A stretch of 64,000 bases of DNA from the human T2T-CHM13v2.0 reference genome, Homo sapiens, in the NCBI RefSeq assembly GCF_009914755.1, contig NC_060939.1; one strand, 5' to 3'. The translations under genes were made by a program, and so were the position numbers. Each line of letters starts with the position of its first letter. Positions within the stretch are counted from its first letter, which is position 1. The notes under the pieces are model-generated. The model ran no database searches and was not told the origin of the DNA. It saw nothing but the letters and a program-made list of their open reading frames with translations. This document shows, piece by piece, positions 1 to 10,300 of the stretch.

Positions 1-173
1 TATTCTCTTCCGTTCCATTCGATTTCGTTCCAATCCATTCGATTCCATTCCATTCGATTCCATTCCATACTATTGCATTCCATTCGATTACATTATATTC
101 GAATAAGTTCCATTCAAGACCATTTCTTTTGAGTCCATTCTATTTGAGTCCATTCCCTTTGATTCCATAACAT

Positions 174-1966
174 TTGAGTCCATTCAATTCCATTCCTTTC
201 GTTTCCATTCCATTTGATGCCATTCCATTCAATTCTGTTCTACTCGACTCCAATACATTCAATTCCATTCCATCCGATTCCATTACATTCTTTTCATTTC
301 TTATCCATTTCAAGCCATTCCACTCCATTCCATTCCACTCGTTTCCTTTCCATTCGAGTCCATTCCTCTCCAGTCCATTCCGTTCAATCCATTCCATTCC
401 AGTCCATTCCATTCGAGTCCGTTCCATTCCAGTCCATTCCATTCGAGTCAATTCCATTCCATTCGATGTCTTTCCATAACGATCCATTCCATTCTATTCC
501 TTTCGATTCCATTCCATTCTATTTCATTCCATTCGATTCCCTTCCATTGGACTCCTTTCCATTCGAGTGCATTCCATTCCGTTCCATTTCTTTCCGTTCT
601 GTACGATTCCTACCGTTCGATTTCATTTTGTTCCAGTCCATTCTTTCGCGTCCATTCCATTCCATTTCACTCCATTCGATTCCATTCCACTCGATTCCAC
701 TTCGTTCCATTTCATTGCATTCCATTCTATTCAACTCTATTGCCTTCCATTCCATTCCATTCGATTACATTCCATGCGATTCCATTCGAAATCGAATCAA
801 TTACATTGCAATCCATTACTATTGAGTCCGTTTTATTCCAGTCCACTGCATTCTGGTCCATTCCATTTGATTCCATTCCATTCTATTCCATTCCATACAG
901 TTGCATTCCATTGGATTCCATGCTATATCTATAAATTCAATTCGAGACCATTGCTTTTGAGTCCATTCTATATGATTCCATTCCATTCAAGTCCATTACA
1001 TTTGGTTAAATTCCATTCCATTCGGTTCAATTCCATTCCATTCCATTCCCTTCCATTCCATTCCAGTTGATATCAATCCATTCGATTCCATTCCATTCGA
1101 GCACATTCCATTCGAGTCCATTCCATTCGATGCCATTCCATTTGATTCTATTCCATTAGTCTCCATTCAATTCCATTAATCTCCATTCCATTCCATTCTA
1201 CTCCAACTGATTCCATTCCATTCTATTCCTTTCCATTCCATTTCATTCCATTCCATTCCATTCCATTCGTGTCCATTCCACTCCAGTCCATTCCATTCGT
1301 ATCCATTCCATTCCAGTCCATTCCATTTGTGTCCACTGCATTCCATTCCACTCCATTCCATATTATTCCATTACACTCCATTCCATTCTATTACTTTCAT
1401 TTCCATTCAATTCCATTCCATTTGATTCCATTCCACTCGGTTTCATTCCATTTGAGTCCACTCCATTCCATTCCATTCCATTCAGTTCCATTCCATTCTG
1501 TTCCATTCCATTCCGTTCCATTACATTCCATTCCATTCGGTACCATTCCATATTGTTCCATTCGATTCCATTCGAATCCATTCCATTCCAGTCCATTCCA
1601 TTCGATTCCATTCCATTCATTTCAATTCCATTCCATTCCATTCCATTACATTCCACTTGATTCCTCTCCATTCCCTTCCACTGCATTCCGTTCGATTCCA
1701 TTCCATTGCATTGCATTCCATTCCATTGGATTGCATTCCATTCGATTCCATTCCATTCGAATCAATTACGTAGCAATCCATTACATTCGAGTCTATTCTC
1801 TTCCGTTCCATTCGATTTCGTTCCAATCCATTCGATTCCATTCCATTCGATTCCATTCCATACTATTGCATTCCATTCGATTACATTATATTCGAATAAG
1901 TTCCATTCAAGACCATTTCTTTTGAGTCCATTCTATTTGAGTCCATTCCCTTTGATTCCATAACAT
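174..1966 (+). repeat. Representative 1.8 kb unit (U1, 1793 bp)
   Basis: The sequence at 174 recurs almost identically at 1967. The unit contains the landmarks TATAAA (930-935), EcoRV GATATC (1069-1074) and KpnI GGTACC (1539-1544). Confidence 0.97.
789..1015 (+). repeat. Internal diverged direct repeat within the unit, homologous to the segment ~1754-1985 (equivalent to about -39..190)
   Basis: GAATCAATTAC occurs at 794 and 1759. GACCATT(G/T)CTTTTGAGTCCATTCTAT occurs at 118 and 946. Both pairs give the same 828/965 bp offsets. Confidence 0.85.
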
Positions 1967-4900
1967 TTGAGTCCATTCAATTCCATTCCTTTCGTTTCCA
2001 TTCCATTTGATGCCATTCCATTCAATTCTGTTCTACTCGACTCCAATACATTCAATTCCATTCCATCCGATTCCATTACATTCTTTTCATTTCTTATCCA
2101 TTTCAAGCCATTCCACTCCATTCCATTCCACTCGTTTCCTTTCCATTCGAGTCCATTCCTCTCCAGTCCATTCCGTTCAATCCATTCCATTCCAGTCCAT
2201 TCCATTCGAGTCCGTTCCATTCCAGTCCATTCCATTCGAGTCAATTCCATTCCATTCGATGTCTTTCCATAACGATCCATTCCATTCTATTCCTTTCGAT
2301 TCCATTCCATTCTATTTCACTCCATTCGATTCCCTTCCATTGGACTCCTTTCCATTCGAGTGCATTCCATTCCGTTCCATTTCTTTCCGTTCTGTACGAT
2401 TCCTACCGTTCGATTTCATTTTGTTCCAGTCCATTCTTTCGCGTCCATTCCATTCCATTTCACTCCATTCGATTCCATTCCACTCGATTCCACTTCGTTC
2501 CATTTCATTGCATTCCATTCTATTCAACTCTATTGCCTTCCATTCCATTCCATTCGATTACATTCCATGCGATTCCATTCGAAATCGAATCAATTACATT
2601 GCAATCCATTACTATTGAGTCCGTTTTATTCCAGTCCACTGCATTGTGGTCCATTCCATTTGATTCCATTCCATTCTATTCCATTCCATACAGTTGCATT
2701 CCATTGGATTCCATGCTATATCTATAAATTCAATTCGAGACCATTGCTTTTGAGTCCATTCTATATGATTCCATTCCATTCAAGTCCATTACATTTGGTT
2801 AAATTCCATTCCATTCGGTTCAATTCCATTCCATTCCATTCCCTTCCATTCCATTCCAGTTGATATCAATCCATTCGATTCCATTCCATTCGAGTCCATT
2901 CCATTCGATGCCATTCCATTTGATTCTATTCCATTAGTCTCCATTCAATTCCATTAATCTCCATTCCATTCCATTCTACTCCAACTGATTCCATTCCATT
3001 CTATTCCTTTCCATTCCATTTCATTCCATTCCATTCCATTCCATTCCATTCCATTCCATTCGTGTCCATTCCACTCCAGTCCATTCCATTCGTATCCATT
3101 CCATTCCAGTCCATTCCATTTGTGTCCACTGCATTCCATTCCACTCCATTCCATATTATTCCATTACACTCCAATCCATTCTATTACATTCATTTCCATT
3201 CAATTCCATTCCATTTGATTCCATTCCACTCGGTTTCATTCCATTTGAGTCCACTCCATTCCATTCCATTCCATTCAGTTCCATTCCATTCTGTTCCATT
3301 CCATTCCGTTCCATTACATTCCATTCCATTCGGTACCATTCCATATTGTTCCATTCGATTCCATTCGAATCCATTGCATTCCAGTCCATTCCATTCGATT
3401 CCATTCCATTCATTTCAATTCCATTCCATTACATTCCACTTGATTCCTCTCCATTCCCTTCCACTGCATTCCGTTCGATTCCATTCCATTGCATTGCATT
3501 GCATTCCATTGGATTGCATTCCATTCGATTCCATTCCATTCGAATCAATTACATTGCAATCCATTACATTCGAGTCTATTCTCTTCCGTTCCATTCGATT
3601 TCGTTCCAATCCATTCGATTCCATTCCATTCGATTCCATTCCATACTATTGCATTCCATTCGATTACATTATATTCGAATAAGTTCCATTCAAGACCATT
3701 TCTTTTGAGTCCATTCTATTTGAGTCCATTCCCTTTGATTCCATAACATTTGAGTCCATTCAATTCCATTCCTTTCGTTTCCATTCCATTTGATGCCATT
3801 CCATTCAATTCTGTTCTACTCGACTCCAATACATTCAATTCCATTCCATCCGATTCCATTACATTCTTTTCATTTCTTATCCATTTCAAGCCATTCCACT
3901 CCATTCCATTCCACTCGTTTCCTTTCCATTCGAGTCCATTCCTCTCCAGTCCATTCCGTTCAATCCATTCCATTCCAGTCCATTCCATTCGAGTCCGTTC
4001 CATTCCAGTCCATTCCATTCGAGTCAATTCCATTCCATTCGATGTCTTTCCATAACGATCCATTCCATTCTATTCCTTTCGATTCCATTCCATTCTATTT
4101 CATTCCATTCGATTCCCTTCCATTGGACTCCTTTCCATTCGAGTGCATTCCATTCCGTTCCATTTCTTTCCGTTCTGTACGATTCCTACCGTTCGATTTC
4201 ATTTTGTTCCAGTCCATTCTTTCGCGTCCATTCCATTCCATTTCACTCCATTCGATTCCATTCCACTCGATTCCACTTCGTTCCATTTCATTGCATTCCA
4301 TTCTATTCAACTCTATTGCCTTCCATTCCATTCCATTCGATTACATTCCATGCGATTCCATTCGAAATCGAATCAATTACATTGCAATCCATTACTATTG
4401 AGTCCGTTTTATTCCAGTCCACTGCATTCTGGTCCATTCCATTTGATTCCATTCCATTCTATTCCATTCCATACAGTTGCATTCCATTGGATTCCATGCT
4501 ATATCTATAAATTCAATTCGAGACCATTGCTTTTGAGTCCATTCTATATGATTCCATTCCATTCAAGTCCATTACATTTGGTTAAATTCCATTCCATTCG
4601 GTTCAATTCCATTCCATTCCATTCCCTTCCATTCCATTCCAGTTGATATCAATCCATTCGATTCCATTCCATTCGAGCACATTCCATTCGAGTCCATTCC
4701 ATTCGATGCCATTCCATTTGATTCTATTCCATTAGTCTCCATTCAATTCCATTAATCTCCATTCCATTCCATTCTACTCCAACTGATTCCATTCCATTCT
4801 ATTCCTTTCCATTCCATTTCATTCCATTCCATTCCATTCCATTCCATTCCATTCCATTCGTGTCCATTCCACTCCAGTCCATTCCATTCGTATCCATTCC

Positions 4901-7346
4901 ATTCCAGTCCATTCCATTTGTGTCCACTGCATTCCATTCCACTCCATTCCATATTATTCCATTACACTCCATTCCATTCTATTACTTTCATTTCCATTCA
5001 ATTCCATTCCATTTGATTCCATTCCACTCGGTTTCATTCCATTTGAGTCCACTCCATTCCATTCCATTCCATTCAGTTCCATTCCATTCTGTTCCATTCC
5101 ATTCCGTTCCATTACATTCCATTCCATTCGGTACCATTCCATATTGTTCCATTCGATTCCATTCGAATCCATTCCATTCCAGTCCATTCCATTCGATTCC
5201 ATTCCATTCATTTCAATTCCATTCCATTACATTCCACTTGATTCCTCTCCATTCCCTTCCACTGCATTCCGTTCGATTCCATTCCATTGCATTGCATTGC
5301 ATTCCATTGGATTGCATTCCATTCGATTCCATTCCATTCGAATCAATTACATAGCAATCCATTACATTCGAGTCTATTCTCTTCCGTTCCATTCGATTTC
5401 GTTCCAATCCATTCGATTCCATTCCATTCGATTCCATTCCATACTATTGCATTCCATTCGATTACATTATATTCGAATAAGTTCCATTCAAGACCATTTC
5501 TTTTGAGTCCATTCTATTTGAGTCCATTCCCTTTGATTCCATAACATTTGAGTCCATTCAATTCCATTCCTTTCGTTTCCATTCCATTTGATGCCATTCC
5601 ATTCAATTCTGTTCTACTCGACTCCAATACATTCAATTCCATTCCATCCGATTCCATTACATTCTTTTCATTTCTTATCCATTTCAAGCCATTCCATTCC
5701 ATTCCATTCCACTCGTTTCCTTTCCATTCGAGTCCATTCCTCTCCAGTCCATTCCGTTCAATCCATTCCATTCCAGTCCATTCCATTCGAGTCCGTTCCA
5801 TTCCAGTCCATTCCATTCGAGTCAATTCCATTCCATTCGATGTCTTTCCATAACGATCCATTCCATTCTATTCCTTTCGATTCCATTCCATTCTATTTCA
5901 TTCCATTCGATTCCCTTCCATTGGACTCCTTTCCATTCGAGTGCATTCCATTCCGTTCCATTTCTTTCCGTTCTGTACGATTCCTACCGTTCGATTTCAT
6001 TTTGTTCCAGTCCATTCCTTTCGCGTCCATTCCATTCCATTTCACTCCATTCGATTCCATTCCACTCGATTCCACTTCGTTCCATTTCATTGCATTCCAT
6101 TCTATTCAACTCTATTGCCTTCCATTCCATTCCATTCGATTACATTCCATGCGATTCCATTCGAAATCGAATCAATTACATTGCAATCCATTACTATTGA
6201 GTCCGTTTTATTCCAGTCCACTGCATTCTGGTCCATTCCATTTGATTCCATTCCATTCTATTCCATTCCATACAGTTGCATTCCATTGGATTCCATGCTA
6301 TATCTATAAATTCAATTCGAGACCATTGCTTTTGAGTCCATTCTATATGATTCCATTCCATTCAAGTCCATTACATTTGGTTAAATTCCATTCCATTCGG
6401 TTCAATTCCATTCCATTCCATTCCCTTGCATTCCATTCCAGTTGATATCAATACATTCGATTCCATTCCATTCGAGCACATTCCATTCGATGCCATTCCA
6501 TTTGATTCTATTCCATTAGTCTCCATTCAATTCCATTAATCTCCATTCCATTCCATTCTACTCCAACTGATTCCATTCCATTCTATTCCATTCCATTCCA
6601 TTTCATTCCATTCCATTCCATTTCATTCCATTCCATTCCATTCGTGTCCATTCCACTGCAGTCCATTCCATTCGTGTCCATTCCATTCCAGTCCATTCGA
6701 TTTGTGTCCACTGCATTCAATTCCACTCCATTCCATATTATTCCATTACACTCCATTCCATTCTATTACTTTCATTTCCATTCAATTCCATTCCATTTGA
6801 TTCCATTCCACTCGGTTTCATTCCATTTGAGTCCACTCCATTCCATTCCATTCCATTCCATTCAGTTCCATTCCATTCTGTTCCATTCCATTCCGTTCCA
6901 TTACATTCCATTCCATTCGGTACCATTCCATATTGTTCCATTCGATTCCATTCGAATCCATTCCATTCCAGTCCATTCCATTCGATTCCATTCCATTCAT
7001 TTCAATTCCATTCCATTCCATTCCATTACATTCCACTTGATTCCTCTCCATTCCCTTCCACTGCATTCCGTTCGATTCCATTCCATTGCATTGCATTCCA
7101 TTCCATTGGATTGCATTCCATTCGATTCCATTCCATTCGAATCAATTACATAGCAATCCATTACATTCGAGTCTATTCTCTTCCGTTCCATTCGATTTCG
7201 TTCCAATCCATTCGATTCCATTCCATTCGATTCCATTCCATACTATTGCATTCCATTCGATTACATTATATTCGAATAAGTTCCATTCAAGACCATTTCT
7301 TTTGAGTCCATTCTATTTGAGTCCATTCCCTTTGATTCCATAACAT

Positions 7347-10300
7347 TTGAGTCCATTCAATTCCATTCCTTTCGTTTCCATTCCATTTGATGCCATTCCA
7401 TTCAATTCTGTTCTACTCGACTCCAATACATTCAATTCCATTCCATCCGATTCCATTACATTCTTTTCATTTCTTATCCATTTCAAGCCATTCCACTCCA
7501 TTCCATTCCACTCGTTTCCTTTCCATTCGAGTCCATTCCTCTCCAGTCCATTCCGTTCAATCCATTCCATTCCAGTCCATTCCATTCGAGTCCGTTCCAT
7601 TCCAGTCCATTCCATTCGAGTCAATTCCATTCCATTCGATGTCTTTCCATAACGATCCATTCCATTCTATTCCTTTCGATTCCATTCCATTCTATTTCAT
7701 TCCATTCGATTCCCTTCCATTGGACTCCTTTCCATTCGAGTGCATTCCATTCCGTTCCATTTCTTTCCGTTCTGTACGATTCCTACCGTTCGATTTCATT
7801 TTGTTCCAGTCCATTCTTTCGCGTCCATTCCATTCCATTTCACTCCATTCGATTCCATTCCACTCGATTCCACTTCGTTCCATTTCATTGCATTCCATTC
7901 TATTCAACTCTATTGCCTTCCATTCCATTCCATTCGATTACATTCCATGCGATTCCATTCGAAATCGAATCAATTACATTGCAATCCATTACTATTGAGT
8001 CCGTTTTATTCCAGTCCACTGCATTCTGGTCCATTCCATTTGATTCCATTCCATTCTATTCCATTCCATACAGTTGCATTCCATTGGATTCCATGCTATA
8101 TCTATAAATTCAATTCGAGACCATTGCTTTTGAGTCCATTCTATATGATTCCATTCCATTCAAGTCCATTACATTTGGTTAAATTCCATTCCATTCGGTT
8201 CAATTCCATTCCATTCCATTCCCTTCCATTCCATTCCAGTTGATATCAATCCATTCGATTCCATTCCATTCGAGCACATTCCATTCGAGTCCATTCCATT
8301 CGATGCCATTCCATTTGATTCTATTCCATTAGTCTCCATTCAATTCCATTAATCTCCATTCCATTCCATTCTACTCCAACTGATTCCATTCCATTCTATT
8401 CCTTTCCATTCCATTTCATTCCATTCCATTCCATTCCATTCCATTCCATTCCATTCGTGTCCATTCCACTCCAGTCCATTCCATTCGTATCCATTCCATT
8501 CCAGTCCATTCCATTTGTGTCCACTGCATTCCATTCCACTCCATTCCATATTATTCCATTACACTCCAATCCATTCTATTACATTCATTTCCATTCAATT
8601 CCATTCCATTTGATTCCATTCCACTCGGTTTCATTCCATTTGAGTCCACTCCATTCCATTCCATTCCATTCAGTTCCATTCCATTCTGTTCCATTCCATT
8701 CCGTTCCATTACATTCCATTCCATTCGGTACCATTCCATATTGTTCCATTCGATTCCATTCGAATCCATTGCATTCCAGTCCATTCCATTCGATTCCATT
8801 CCATTCATTTCAATTCCATTCCATTCCATTCCATTACATTCCACTTGATTCCTCTCCATTCCCTTCCACTGCATTCCGTTCGATTCCATTCCATTGCATT
8901 GCATTCCATTCCATTGGATTGCATTCCATTCGATTCCATTCCATTCGAATCAATTACATAGCAATCCATTACATTCGAGTCTATTCTCTTCCGTTCCATT
9001 CGATTTCGTTCCAATCCATTCGATTCCATTCCATTCGATTCCATTCCATACTATTGCATTCCATTCGATTACATTATATTCGAATAAGTTCCATTCAAGA
9101 CCATTTCTTTTGAGTCCATTCTATTTGAGTCCATTCCCTTTGATTCCATAACATTTGAGTCCATTCAATTCCATTCCTTTCGTTTCCATTCCATTTGATG
9201 CCATTCCATTCAATTCTGTTCTACTCGACTCCAATACATTCAATTCCATTCCATCCGATTCCATTACATTCTTTTCATTTCTTATCCATTTCAAGCCATT
9301 CCACTCCATTCCATTCCACTCGTTTCCTTTCCATTCGAGTCCATTCCTCTCCAGTCCATTCCGTTCAATCCATTCCATTCCAGTCCATTCCATTCGAGTC
9401 CGTTCCATTCCAGTCCATTCCATTCGAGTCAATTCCATTCCATTCGATGTCTTTCCATAACGATCCATTCCATTCTATTCCTTTCGATTCCATTCCATTC
9501 TATTTCATTCCATTCGATTCCCTTCCATTGGACTCCTTTCCATTCGAGTGCATTCCATTCCGTTCCATTTCTTTCCGTTCTGTACGATTCCTACCGTTCG
9601 ATTTCATTTTGTTCCAGTCCATTCCTTTCGCGTCCATTCCATTCCATTTCACTCCATTCGATTCCATTCCACTCGATTCCACTTCGTTCCATTTCATTGC
9701 ATTCCATTCTATTCAACTCTATTGCCTTCCATTCCATTCCATTCGATTACATTCCATGCGATTCCATTCGAAATCGAATCAATTACATTGCAATCCATTA
9801 CTATTGAGTCCGTTTTATTCCAGTCCACTGCATTCTGGTCCATTCCATTTGATTCCATTCCATTCTATTCCATTCCATACAGTTGCATTCCATTGGATTC
9901 CATGCTATATCTATAAATTCAATTCGAGACCATTGCTTTTGAGTCCATTCTATATGATTCCATTCCATTCAAGTCCATTACATTTGGTTAAATTCCATTC
10001 CATTCGGTTCAATTCCATTCCATTCCATTCCCTTCCATTCCATTCCAGTTGATATCAATCCATTCGATTCCATTCCATTCGAGCACATTCCATTCGAGTC
10101 CATTCCATTCGATGCCATTCCATTTGATTCTATTCCATTAGTCTCCATTAAATTCCATTAATCTCCATTCCATTCCATTCTACTCCAACTGATTCCATTC
10201 CATTCTATTCCTTTCCATTCCATTTCATTCCATTCCATTCCATTCCATTCCATTCCATTCCATTCGTGTCCATTCCACTCCAGTCCATTCCATTCGTATC

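Noticed and set aside
590-655. CpG-rich patch (CCGTTCTGTACGATTCCTACCGTTCG...TTCGCGTCC) as a CpG island or CENP-B box
   Set aside because: It is far too short and G-poor for a CpG island, and it does not match the CENP-B box pattern TTCGnnnnAnnCGGG.
784-800. Possible heat-shock element (TTCGAAATCGAA)
   Set aside because: A canonical HSE needs alternating nGAAn pentamers (TTCnnGAA spacing). Here TTC and GAA are directly adjacent, so it is not a proper match.
5588-6445. Longest ORF (285 aa), present in a subset of units
   Set aside because: It arises only because one polymorphic C fuses the 203-aa and 167-aa artefactual frames. There is no evidence of coding selection.
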